Below, piece after piece: positions 23,360 through 35,208 of a DNA stretch of 64,000 bases. The stretch is taken from positions 1-64,000 of the forward strand of contig NIVC01000619.1 in the NCBI GenBank assembly GCA_002269645.1, written 5' to 3'. Source of the DNA: Macrostomum lignano (taxonomy: Eukaryota). The first letter of the stretch is position 1, and each line of letters opens with the position of its first letter. The notes beneath the pieces are model-generated. The model was not told the origin of the DNA and did no database searches. It saw only the letters and a program-made list of their open reading frames with translations. The position numbers were made by a program, and so were the translations under genes.

Positions 23360-26300
23360 GAGTTGCGTTCCAGCTTACGCCAAGTGCCTTCGCGGTTGGT
23401 GATTCACCCTGCAGTAGTAGCTCAGCGCGTTCTGCCCTGTCTTCAACTGGAATCGATTGCAGGACTTCCTCAGAGTTCGAAAGCCACTTCCGAGCTCGCA
23501 TACCGGCTCTCTTCCACAGCTCCATCAGCTGCTCATACAACTGCTTTGCTTTCTCAACTGTCTCCATGGAGTCGAGACTGTCGTCCATGTAGGTGGACCT
23601 CAAAACCGTCGTTGCCGCCAAAGGCAGTTGATCCTGATGTTGCCTTGCATTCTCTTGTGCCACTAGTTGAGCCAGGAACGGGGAGCAGTTGACGCCAAAG
23701 ACCACGCTGCAGAACTCGTATACTTTTGGCTCACATTCCTTTTGCATTCCGCGCCACAAGAACCGAAAGAAGCGGCGATCATCTGGAGCCAACCGAATTC
23801 GAAGATACATTTCCTCAATATCACAAACTAGCGCGACCGGATGCTTGCGAAATCTTAGCAGCACGCTGACGAGATTGTTTTGCAGCTTCGGTCCGGTGTG
23901 GATGGCATCGTTAAGGCTGAGACCGCCACAGCGAGCAGACGCGTCAAAGACTATGCGAGTCTTTGTTGTCTCCTTGTCCGCTCTCACTACTGCAAAATGT
24001 GGCAGGTACCAACTTCCCTGACCGGCGGCTCCGTCGACTTCTTGAATGTAGCCCTTCTCCAGCTGTCCATCAAACACTCGCTGATACGCCTGCGCCAGCT
24101 CCGGGTTCTTCTTAAGCCGTTGCTCCGTATTAACGAGCCGCTGCCGCGCCATATCCTTGTTGTCTGGCAACGTTGTCGGATCCATCTTCCATGGGATCGC
24201 CACCTGGTAACGACCGGCCTCCATCCTCATTGAACTCTTCGTCAATTGAACGGTCTCTTGCTCTCCCATCGACAACGTGGCCATCGCTCCACCGTCGGGG
24301 ACCTCATCCACCTCCCAGAAACGCTTTAAAACGCCATCCAAGTCTCCATCCGCAATCGATAGGAAAGTCCTCTGTCGTCCAGCTTCCGGTCCGTAGTCCC
24401 TTATCGGTCCCACACACGTCCAACCGATCGGCGTCAGTCGCGCTGTCGGCTCTCCAGGTTGACCCCCGACCTCACGGCAGGCGAAGTGTAGATCAACGTG
24501 ATCGATGCCGATGAGCATGTCAACCGTCTGATTGCCTTCAACTCTGCTGAACGGAATGCCACGCAAATGATGCCACTGCGACGCTAGCTGACTCCAATCC
24601 ACGGCCTTCATATCACCCGTCACTTTCTCCGTGGTGTACGCCAAAACCCTAGCTCGAAACGCTCCATCAAGACTCTTCAAGTCCACTTCAACCGGCGCTG
24701 TCTGGAAGGTATTTACCTGTCCGTTGAGTACTTTAACGTTCATCTGCTCAAACTTCTCTTCCAGCCCAAGTTCGGCCGCCACGTCCGAGTTCAAATATGT
24801 TCTTGTGCTCGCATCATCCAGAAGCGCGTTGACTTGCACCTGTCGGTCTCCATTGGACAAGATCACCGGAACAGTTCGCAGCGCAACCGCAGCGGTCTCC
24901 CTAACTAGCAAAGTACAGGCTTCTCGCTGCTTGTTCATCGTCTCCTTCGGCCTCTCGCCTGAACTTGGCGCCTTGAGGACCTTCTGCGTCCCCCCTTCGT
25001 GGCGTGCCATCGACTCACTCTTTTGCGCTTGGTGGAGCAGCCGGTGATGCCTGGCCTTGCACCCGTCGATGCCGCAGCTTCGCAATCGTCTGCACGACAA
25101 ACTCATGTGGTTGCTTCCCAAGCACCCAAAGCACAGCTTCCACTCGCGTACCGCTGCCCATCGAGCTTCAACATCCATACGCGCAAACCTAGGGCACGCC
25201 CACACTCCATGCTGCTCTCCACAGAGACGACATAACCTACGGTTGTCTGTTGGTTCGACACTGCGACTTTCAGCGGCGTCGTTGTGAGTGAACAGTGTTC
25301 GCTGTGGTTCACGAGACCCTGACCACTTCTTCCCAGCTTCCCGACCGCCATCGCTCACCGGTACCACTCCTCGCGTCGCCTCCCACGCAATCGTCCGATA
25401 TTCAGCCTCCTGTAACAACCACTGATGGAGCACACTCAGCGAATCTACTTTAGAGTTCTCGCCCACCCACCGGTGATAGCGCGCCAAGGTGTCTGCGGGC
25501 AGCTTCCGCTGAACGCGCAAATGTAACAGGCCATTGCTACTTAGCTCAACGTCACGCCCAGCCGCCTTCAAATTATTCACGGTCACATCCAACAGGTCTG
25601 CCAACTTTTTTAACTGCGCTGCACTCTCCGTCTGAATCGGCCGAAAATTGTCCAAGTCTTCCAGAGCTAACGTTAATCTGCGTCTCTCTCCACCGTACTC
25701 TCGCTCTAAACGCTCTAGTGCAGACCGGTAGGCGAAAGCCGAGAACCCTAAATTCACAATAAGCTTAAGTGCCTCCCCTTGCAGGGATTGACGCAGCTGC
25801 AACAACTTGTACGCGTCTGAAGCCGGCGACTCATCCACACATGCATAGAAGGCAGCCTTCCACCCCTCATACTGCCGCTTGTCTCCTGAGAACACAGGAA
25901 TAGACACACGCTGCAATTGTCGCCACATGTCCTGTCCAATCCTAGCTGACTGATCCTCTGCGTACATTGCCGCCGCCTGCCCTGCTCCGCCAAATGATAG
26001 GCCAGCCCGCCACTCTGACTCAAATTGCCTAGGCCTTTCGTTTGCGCTAACTCCAGCCGGGCCAGTACGCGCAGTGTACATTTCGCTAATTGGGGTTGGC
26101 CGCCAGCCTGGATTGTTGATTGGCCACTCTTTGGGTTGCCACCCCTCCCCGTAGTTTGCGACTCCTCACGCGCTTCGTGTACACTTCGCGACTGAACTTG
26201 CTGCCGCTGAACTCCAACCACTCTGTCTAGCCTCTCCATTTCATACTCCAACTCCTTTTGCTTAGCCTCAAATGTTTCTCTCAACCGCTGTTGACGCTCT

Positions 26301-26770
26301 TCCAGTTCAGCTTTCTGACACTTTGCGGCCTCTAGCTCTCTCTGATGACCATCTCTCTCAAGGCTCTCGATAGCGTTCTGGCGCTCCCTCTTTCGCAATT
26401 CACCAAGCAGTGCCACTGTCTCGTTGTACTCACATTCGAGTGCTTCTAGCTCCTTCACCGTTTGGGCCTGCACCAGAAAGTTGCCTTCAGCCGCTTGTAG
26501 TAGGTCCTGAAGCACCGCACTGACACGCTCAGCCTGCTCGTCCAGCGCTCCGGCAATCTTCTCCGCGCCCTCCAGTGTCACGCCGTCCGAGTCGAGGTAC
26601 TTGAGTAGCTTGTTTCGCTGCTTAGTGAAGGCACATTTTTCGACAGCCTTTTTGCCCTTCAGTTGCACCACTCGTTGCTCCGATTCCGATCTCTCTTGAT
26701 TTCGCTCAGATGCTGATGCTGTTGCTGCTGCCGCTGCTGCATCCGCAGCCTTTTCGTCTCCGAATGACAT
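23360..26770 (-). pseudogene. BEL/Pao gag-pol polyprotein split over two overlapping ORFs (25754-26770 and 23307-26081)
   Basis: Coiled-coil gag N-terminus in ORF1; DUF1759-like FSGDKRQYEGWKAAF onward in the -1 frame; overlap ~26090-26160. Confidence 0.8.
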
Positions 26771-26787
26771 TCGATTTCACAACCACG

Positions 26788-26798
26788 CTCTGCTACCA
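26788..26798 (-). promoter_or_regulatory. Primer-binding site TGGTAGCAGAG, complementary to initiator tRNA-Met 3' end
   Basis: Six nt after the LTR end; matches the CTCTGCTACCA 3' end of animal tRNA-iMet. Confidence 0.8.
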
Positions 26799-26804
26799 GA
26801 TTTA

Positions 26805-27071
26805 TGTTCTAAAGACAAATAACTTTTGTTCAAACTCTCGGCAGGTTTTTGACTATTGCCACAACGCACTCTCACGAACAAATTCAAGCCATCGTTCCTT
26901 CTATATTTAACTGCTAAATGACACACAAAAGATTGGGGTGGGGCTGAGATTGCATGTACACTAAGCGATAATGGGGGGCGGGGCCCGGAGACGTACATAT
27001 CGTCGATATACTAAAATGAGACCTACAACTATAACTAACAACGAAACATAAAATACAAAGCCTACGCAACA
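26805..27071 (-). repeat. 5' LTR of the BEL/Pao element (267 bp)
   Basis: Minus strand begins TGTT and ends AACA, immediately before the PBS. Confidence 0.8.
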
Positions 27072-27244
27072 GAGATCACTACTGATTCTCTCGGGCCATT
27101 TTTTTCTTTCTATGCTTACAGAAACTCATTACCAAACTCCCTATCACTGCCTCTACCTCTCTGCGTCGCATTTCTTCCTCTCCGTCCCTCATCATCGCAC
27201 TGTCTTTCTCTGTGAGTCTACGCTTATTTGATGAGCCCCCAATG
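27072..27244 (+). repeat. 173-bp direct repeat, right copy
   Basis: Abuts the LTR terminus exactly. Confidence 0.9.
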
Positions 27245-27402
27245 AAGGCTAAAGTAACCACACGATAAAGTTTGTTGTTTTCATGATCGTGACTTATTTT
27301 GCCTGCATCATTGGACATGAAATATCCGAGCTCGGATATGCATCATTTGACAATACTGAGGTAGATTGTCAATAATTAGCCATTGTCAAAAATCAGCCTT
27401 TA

Positions 27403-28404
27403 GGATAATGCAATCGTCTATGGTTAAACCATGAGCACATTTATTTATTTTTTCACTTAAACTTCAGGATAATGATTTCAAACTCGGGATACTGGACACC
27501 TATTTTTAGAACAAAACAGCAAACACCAACAACAAAAGATTTGCGCTATGGAAAGTTAATTGTGCAGTATCAATATGGCGCAATTGTCATAGTGCCGAAG
27601 ACCATTACAGATTGCAATTGTTAAAAGTGCAGTTGTTCATAATAAAGATATTCCGACCATTCATCTGACGACCATCAGACACGCTCACTGCTTCTTGCAC
27701 GATGGAACTTTGGATGCTGATGTCAGCAGGCATTGTTACTTGACCGTGGGTCGCGGCGCTTTGTCCCATGTTCAACGCACGCGACACTGCATCGCTGCAT
27801 TGTTACAGGGACTTGTCCCGTTTAACTGCCAGGTAGCGCCGGACCGTGCTCTCGGACTTTTGACCCGTGATAGCCATGATCTCGCTCATCGAATGCCCAG
27901 CCGATTCCAGGTCTCAAGAAAGTGCAAGAAGTTCAAAAAGTCTTCGTTATCCTTCATGTCCTTCTGAGATGTGGAAAGTCTTGAGATCCAATTGAGTTCG
28001 CTGCTAGATACGTTGGCTAAACTTTCGACAGGCAGATTGCCCCAGTTGATCGGATATGACGTCTGGTTCTCCATGGCCAAGCGAATGTAGCTATTTACGT
28101 TTTATTCTCTCTTTCTCTCCACATCTCCTTCCTTTCCACCCTCTTAACCCCCAGCCTGTTTGCAACTTCGTTGTCTATGGCCCAAACTCCAGTAAACCAC
28201 CTCAGTCTTTATGTCTCTCTCTCCTCGGTAACCCCTCTCTCCTTTCGATGCCCTTTTTGTCTATGGCCCCACTGAAATTCGACAATGCGGTTATTCGTAA
28301 GTGAGACTTTAGGATAATAGTCCTATGCTCACTCGTGCGCTGCGCGCACTCATGAGCCGGACTATTATCCTAAAGTCTCACTTACGAATAACCAACCATT
28401 ATCC
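27403..28404 (-). mobile_element. Non-autonomous Crypton-like tyrosine-recombinase element (internally deleted)
   Basis: Minus-strand EIMAITGQKSESTVRRY (~27885-27833) fits the YR C-terminal TGHxS...Y motif, followed by ...NNCTFNNCNL. GGATAATG/CATTATCC ends, repeated CTATGG motifs and a 35-bp perfect hairpin at 28289-28393. Confidence 0.65.
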
Positions 28405-28597
28405 ACTTTCCATTTGTCCCCACGATTTACCATTTACGTTCAAAGTAATTTTTTGAAAAGAAAATAGCTAATGATAGACGTGATATTTTTGCAATCATGT
28501 ACATAGGCAGTTAAAACCCTAATTGTACACTTTGAACCCAAAAATTTACTATCTGTGACTGAAGGCACCACGATTTTGATGAAAACACTGGCTGCGA

Positions 28598-28745
28598 ATT
28601 TATGCGTATCGGATGGGCACGTTTTCCGGTCCGAGGAGCGGCGCTGTTTGAGTTGAAGGCTTTCACGTGAGAAGAGAGGAGCAGTGACTGGCTTGCTGTC
28701 TGCGAGTCTGCAGTACTTTTTGTTTGATGAATGTTGACAATCGAA
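28598..28745 (-). pseudogene. Promoter-only relic of the peptide gene family
   Basis: CCGGAAAACGTGCCCATCCGATACGCATAAAT (E-box and CCAAT mutated) plus upstream family sequence; no peptide CDS follows. Confidence 0.7.
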
Positions 28746-29300
28746 CAAGTCAAGTACTACTCTAATGCTGTGTCAGTACAAGTTCAATCAAATAACATTG
28801 GTACTCTGGTAGGTTATTCACTAAGACTGGCAAGAAGTTCTCAAAATTTCGGTATCCAATAGACGGCGAAGTTTATTTCAAAACCCAATGCAGATACCCG
28901 ACTGAAAATATTTTAAGTGAGTGACTTGAAAAGTAAAAGTAAAAACCAAATAAGTCATTTTAGGAGAAGTCACACTCTAGGAGTCAAAACCTTGGACCTT
29001 TGAAGAAAAGAAAAGCAATATGATGAATTAATGACCCCTCAACTATGGCCAAACCGAATCACGACTTTGAGAAATAAAAAAACTATAATTAAAAAGGAAG
29101 AGCTTTTAGTTACATGGGTTGCTTAAACTGAGTATTGTTGGTGTTTTGCTCATATATTTTGTTCAAGTGTAATCACTAATTTTACTGTTAACACTTAAGG
29201 ATTATTCGCAAACGAGTAAGAGTTCAGAGTCAGGTCAGTTGTAAGGGCTAGATAATCTTCGATGAGGTGTCGTCAATCTCAGGCGTATCTGAGAGCTTAT

Positions 29301-29495
29301 CTAACCGAACCTAACATGAACACGGACGAACTTCTTCTTCAGCTTCGGAATCTGCTCCTCCGACACGCTGGACTCGTCCAGGTTGGACAGAGTCTCCTCC
29401 AGCACACGTTCGGCCATGGCCTTCTCCTCCTGGCTGGGCACGGCGACGGCCAGGGCTGCGCACAGCAGAAGTCCGAGAGCGAGTTGCCACTTCAT
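29301..29495 (-). CDS. Secreted prepropeptide copy 7 (64 aa; KLKKK-FVRVHVRF-G)
   Basis: Family architecture; promoter module 29587-29619. Confidence 0.9.
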   Translation of the reverse strand: MKWQLALGLLLCAALAVAVPSQEEKAMAERVLEETLSNLDESSVSEEQIPKLKKKFVRVHVRFG

Positions 29496-30263
29496 GATTG
29501 CTTGAGTCGAGTCGAGTCGAGTCGTCGAGCTGTGTGTAGATTGAGTCGAGTTTGAAGTTGAATTCTTGAGACGCTGGGAGTTACGAATTTATGCGCATTG
29601 GATTGGCACGTGTTTCCGTTCGGAGGAGCGACTCTACTTAACTTGTCTGCTTTCATGTAAAAAGAGTCAAGCAGTGACATGCTTGTTTTCCTACAAAAAT
29701 GATGCAGCTTTTGTTTGCTTGACGACAGCTGTCAGTCAAACAGATAACTTTTGAGAGTTCTCTCAGAGCAAGTGTATTCAATTCAACGCGGTCGATTTGA
29801 CTCTTAGCCGCTGGAGACTGTTTAAACTTTACTGTGTACTCGTAAGCGAAAATTCAACAATGCGGGAACAATTTCTCATAGTAGGGTAACTAAATAACTC
29901 TGTTTTATTCCTTTTTGACTGCAAGAAATATTGCACATAGGCATTACTCTATTATCCCACGCGTAGATATGAGTATAGGGCCAAACGTTGTGTCATCTTG
30001 AAGAGAGCAAAATTTCCAACAACGGAGCGAAAAAATATCTTTGCAAATGCAACAAATTCAGAGGTAGACTTCAGAGAGGCATTTAAAGTTTAGCTGCAAT
30101 GCAAACAAGCTGGCCTTCAAATAATTTTGAGATAATTACGAACATTAAGCCCTGATACAGTTCAACTTCTATTGGTCCTTGGGTAGATCTTCAATACGTA
30201 TAGTTAATAGTTTGTAGTGAAACTACAACATAACTTAGATTTGAATTGCAATGTAACGATATA

Positions 30264-30352
30264 TACCGATTTTTTTCGGCAGCAATTGCGTAAGCTGAAG
30301 CCGCGTAGCGGCTGAAGCTTAGTAGAGCAATTGCTGCCGAAAAAAATCGGTA
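30264..30352. repeat. 89-bp foldback hairpin with perfect 26-bp arms
   Basis: TACCGATTTTTTTCGGCAGCAATTGC (30264-30289) is the exact reverse complement of 30327-30352; the loop has further pairing. Confidence 0.9.
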
Positions 30353-30449
30353 CATGTCATTATTGTACCCTTTTGACTTCCCTTGTATATGGCCCAGACA
30401 TAGTGCGGATGCTGAGTATGAAATGCGATTGTTGCCGGAATGCGCTTTG

Positions 30450-31155
30450 AAAGGGTTGTAGAGATAATCAATCGTATATGGCAAATTTAGTTGCTCTCTA
30501 AATGAAAGGGTTGTAGAGATAATTAATCGTTTATGGCAAATTTAAAGGACAGTGAAGACAGCTAGCCTGGCTGCCATGAGTTAATTCTCAAGTTGATTTT
30601 GAGCTTGAATTAATTCTCCTATTCGGAGTGCAAATAGGAAAAGTAGCTATGATTCGCTACGCAAACATTCCTGGCGGAGAAATATGTGGACTCTCCACGG
30701 ACGAGTTGGCTTTTGTCACCCGAGAGTCGAGCACGCGCTACGTTCTGGAGATGGACAACCTGGATGCGTCGTCCAGTTCCAACGGGCTGCCTGAGCTAGG
30801 TAGCGAAGATCTGGAAATTGACGACGATGCGGAATCCACCATCGAAAGTGTGACAACTGGGTCTGATAGAGGCGAGCTGATGAAAGCACCCGAGGGCGGC
30901 CAAGACCTGCCGAGAAGCCTCTGTGGTGGTCAGTTCCACAACTGCACATTCAACTTTTACGGAAAGTAAAACAATTGATTCGATCGGTTTGTTCTTAAGA
31001 ACTTTTTGTGACTATGAAACACTTTCGCCGTGTTGCTATTGTTGTTCCTTGTTTTGATAGCCAAATACATTCGTCTGAAATCCGGCAACAATCGAAAAAA
31101 GCCGACAAACAATTAAATTGTTACCGCAAGTATGAATGCCGGAAACCATAGACAA
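30450..31155 (+). mobile_element. Second Crypton-like deleted element with residual ORF 30628-30969
   Basis: Duplicated GATAATNAATCGTNTATGG motif like 27404-27422; ORF ends QFHNCTFNFYGK; CCATAGACAAAAG near 31146. No catalytic motif seen. Confidence 0.4.
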
Positions 31156-31294
31156 AAGGGAACAATATATTTTATGAGTTAACGACGAGAAGGCTTGGGG
31201 CGAGAAACTTAACTGCGAGAAAGAACTGTAAAAGGAAATTAGTCTATGGTAATTTATGACAAACTAAGTTGCAAATAAAAAGTACAACAAAATA

Positions 31295-34090
31295 CCCATA
31301 CGACTCCCCCCTCCAATTGCGGAGCACGGGGAAAAGAGACTGTAACTGAATTATAAAATGGTGGAATGGCTTAAATTATTGAAACGAAGCGGTTATACAG
31401 TTGAAATACGAGCTAAATTTATATGAGGGGTTGAACATTGAGAAATATTGAGAACAATGGAACAGCAGTCAGTAGACGTTATACATTACAAGGTTAATAA
31501 TAAATGTAATCATTATGGCGTCGGAATTGGACTCGGCGGCCGCTAGAGGTCGCTCTAGGAGTTGATGAGTCCATCGGTTCCTCTGGTTTGGCGGCTTCTT
31601 CCGGCAGCGAGTTCGCGGCCGGCTGAACAGCCGACTTCGGAAGCGAAAGTCGCGCCGGCTTGAGGCGATCGATAGAGACAGATTCGGTGTTGCCTGACGG
31701 TAGGAAAATAACGAAGAACTTGTCAGTTCGCTGTTTCACGCGATACGGCCCTGAGTACGGCGCCTCGAGCGGCGACCGCACGCGATCGACCCGAACCCAG
31801 ACGAATTCAGCCATTTCCAGGTCCTTGGGTACGTAGCTCCGTGGTTCGTGCGTCTTCGCGTGTGGACTCGGTAACTCTGTCAGCAGTTCCTGCAGCCGTG
31901 TCCGAATGTCCGTTGGGGCGAGTGGTTCAGAAGTTAGAATGCGCAGAACCATCGGAAGCTCGCCGGTAACCCTGGTGAACGGTGATATTCCTTGGTCGTC
32001 AGGTGCGACGTGCATCGCGAGGAGAGCCACAGGTAGGTCTGTCAGCCAGTCATTGCCTCGAGCACGTAGCATCGTCTTCAGGGTGCGATGGGCTCGCTCG
32101 ACCTTGCCATTGGTTTGAGGGTGGTAGGCCGTTGTGCGTAATCGATGAAAACCAATTGATGACGAGACCGAGTGAAAGAATTCTGATTCGAACTGGCGCC
32201 CCCGATCAGTGATTACATACAGTGGCACTCCGTAGCGCGAGACCCAAGACGAGACGAATGCATGGGCGACTACTTCCGCGGTTATTGATTCCAGTGGTGT
32301 AGCTTCTAGCCAGCCAGTCGAGCGGTCGACCATCGTGAGAAGGTAGCGGGCAGACTGGTGGCCAAAGGTGGTAGCATTAGCTGGTGGAAGTGGTCCCACA
32401 ATATCGATGTGTACCGCCTCAAAGCGATTTGATGGTAATGCGAAGGCCTGTTGCGGGGAGACAGTGTGGCGAGTGACTTTACTCCGTTGGCAGTCCTGGC
32501 AGTTCCAGCAGTAGGTCTTGATGGACTTGCGCATTCCGGGCCAAAAGTAACGTTCTGTGATGAGTTTTGCTGTTTTACGGTAGCCGAAATGACCAAGTCG
32601 ATGGAAGGAGGCAATTACGGCGTCGCGGAGAGACGGCGGAATGATCGGGCGAGGATACGGCGTTGACGTCTCACACCAAACGACGACGTCTTTGTCCAGA
32701 GAATACGATCGAATATTTGGTGCAGGTGAGAACGACTCCGGTCGTTGTGCTTCAGCGATACTGGGCAGATCAACAGGGAATTGGCTTGATGGGGCAGCGA
32801 CTACAGCGACTGTTGCGATGTTGGACACGCGATCATTCACTGGGAAGTCAGGCAGTCGAGAAAGGGCATCAGCTATTACGTTGTCTGCACCGCGAATGTA
32901 CTGGACATCTGCCACGTACTCGGACAAGATGGTCAAGTAGCGCTGATTGCGATCTGACGTAGTGGTGCGATTGGCGTGGAAGGCCTGAGCTAGTGGTTTA
33001 TGATCGGTGAACAAGGTCACGCTCAGTCCTTCAATGAGGTTGCGGAAGTGCAACACTGCCAGGTACGCCGCGAGTAGTTCTCGATCGAACGTGCTGTACA
33101 TCCTTTGAGATGATGACAACTTCTTGCTGAACATGCCAAGAGGTGACGTTCCGGTTGAAGAGGTTTGATGCAGAACGGCACCAACACAGTCGGCTGAGGC
33201 ATCAGTGTACAGGTGGTACGCAGTACAGTTGGGGTCCGGATGATGCAGCAGTAGTCTCTCTGAGAGAGCTTGTTTGATGTTTTCGAAAGATTTCTGATGC
33301 TGCTCTGCCCATTGGAAGTTTCCTGCTGACTGTAGTGATGCAGTGAGTAGGTCTTGCAGCGGACAGATGCGGTCGGCAAATTTGGGAACGAATCGACGGT
33401 AGAAACCGACGACACCGAGGAAGCGCCGAAGTGCGTTCGAATCCGTGGGTGTCGGCCAGTCAGTGATTATTTGGATCTTCTTCTGGAGAGGTTTTATTCC
33501 TTCAGGAGTCACGCGATGGCCAAGGAAATCTACCTCGGACTGAAAGAATTCGCACTTCTTCAAATGAACCTGTAGGCCGTGTGTTCTTAGGCGGTCCAAA
33601 ACTTGTTCCAAATGCGAGTAGTGGTCCTCACGAGTCTTTGAGAATATCAGGACATCATCGATGTAAGAGATGACGAATGACAGTCCGTGAAAAACAGAGT
33701 CGATGAAGCGTTGAAATGTTTGTGCTGCATTCCTCAGGCCGAAGGGCATGCGTGTGTACTCGAACAATCCAAACGGTGTGGTGATAGCGGTTTTGCAAAT
33801 ATCCTCTTCGGCGACTGGAATTTGATGAAAGGCGCGAACAAGGTCTAACTTTGAAAACACAGTGCTTCCGTGTAGGTACCGAGTGAAGGTTTGAATTTGT
33901 GGAACCGGATAGTTGTCCGGCTTTGTTTGTTTGTTCAATTCGCGATAGTCACCGCACGGACGCCAGCCAGCTCCCTTGGGTGCCATGTGGAGGGGTGACG
34001 CCCAAGGGCTTGAGGAAGGTCTGAGGTAGCCAGCATCGATTAGTTGCTGAAACTCCTGCTTTGCAGCCTGTAGTTTTGCAGGGTGCAGGA
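31295..34090 (-). mobile_element. 5'-truncated Ty3/Gypsy element (CsRN1-like) with uninterrupted RT-RNase H-integrase ORF (31494 to ~34090)
   Basis: [40 protein letters not shown] zinc finger (H..GH...C..C), HIDIVGP, ITDRG, NGKVER, C-terminal SSGRRVQF; polypurine tract GGAGGGGGGAG at 31304-31314. Confidence 0.92.
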
Positions 34091-35208
34091 TATTTTGTTG
34101 TACTTTTTATTTGCAACTCAGTTTGTCATAAATTACCATAGACTAATTTCCTTTTACAGTTCTTTCTCATAAACCCATAAGTTTATCATTTAGATGTACG
34201 AACTAAAAACATGTGCAGGAAAGCAACTGAAACAAGTGTCCATTAAAATAACTGCTACAAACACTGCCGGGTTGCTGAATTGTAGTGAAAATATTGGGTC
34301 AGGTGCGATGTATTAATTGTTTAAAAACATTGGTGATATTTTGAGTTGTAGAAGATGACAAGTTGTGACTTTAAAAAACTTATTTTGGGTGCATTTTGGG
34401 TTATTTTGGACCGAAAGCTTCCTGACGACTACTAGTCGATAAGACGGCGAGTCGATATGACTGAATTCTTAGAAACAGGGAAAATGATCGCAGAAATTGA
34501 ACCAAATAAAGCACACAGCTAAATAGAGACTCTGTGTGCACATTGATCTTTGTGTAGCAGCTTATACGGGGGCTTGTGGACAACCTTCTTAAACTGGCTG
34601 GCTTGCACATAACAATCACATTTCAATCATTAAGAATCACTCCAGAAAGTGCAAAAAATTCCAAAATTTTGAGCTCGTACATTAACCAAAATGAATAAGA
34701 GCGTGAAGTCGCATCTTATAGAATTAATACAAAAGCTTGTAGAATAGTTGGTTGCGTATATAGTCAAAATATAGACATGTGTAATACCGTATTAGCTTTC
34801 GTTTCAGTGTGAGAGCCTCGACCGGCTTCCGAACTCTTCCCGAACCCACCATACTCCATGACATGGGCCAAATTGATCAACCGCCATAGGCTCTCGTAAA
34901 CGTAACTTCGAAACTGACTAAATTCAAATAGACCAAACTGAAATACAAACATTTACACTAAAAAACGCTCGAGTTGAGGGTTACCTGTTTGATAGACAGC
35001 TTTCATCAAACAAGCAAAGGCTGCAGCATATTCGCAGTCTGTGCTCCACCCCGCTCACGTGACATCAATTCCAACGACTTTTCTCCTAGGACCGGAAACA
35101 CGTGCCAATCTGATGTGCATAAATTCGGAACTGCCGACTGCTCAACACAACAATCTCACATTCGACTCAATCTACACAGCTCGAAGACTCGACTCGACTC
35201 AAGCAATC

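Larger units (their letters stand above)
23360..27071 (-). mobile_element. 3'-truncated BEL/Pao LTR retrotransposon (5' LTR, PBS, gag, protease, RT; no RNase H, integrase or 3' LTR)
   Basis: Three Zn knuckles (CRLCGEQH...C, CFGCLGSNH...C, CGIDGCKARHHRLLH), protease LLDDAS, Pao RT motifs YLPHFAV, RIVFDASA, DIEEMY, YMDD; breaks off after KALGVSW. Confidence 0.92.
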
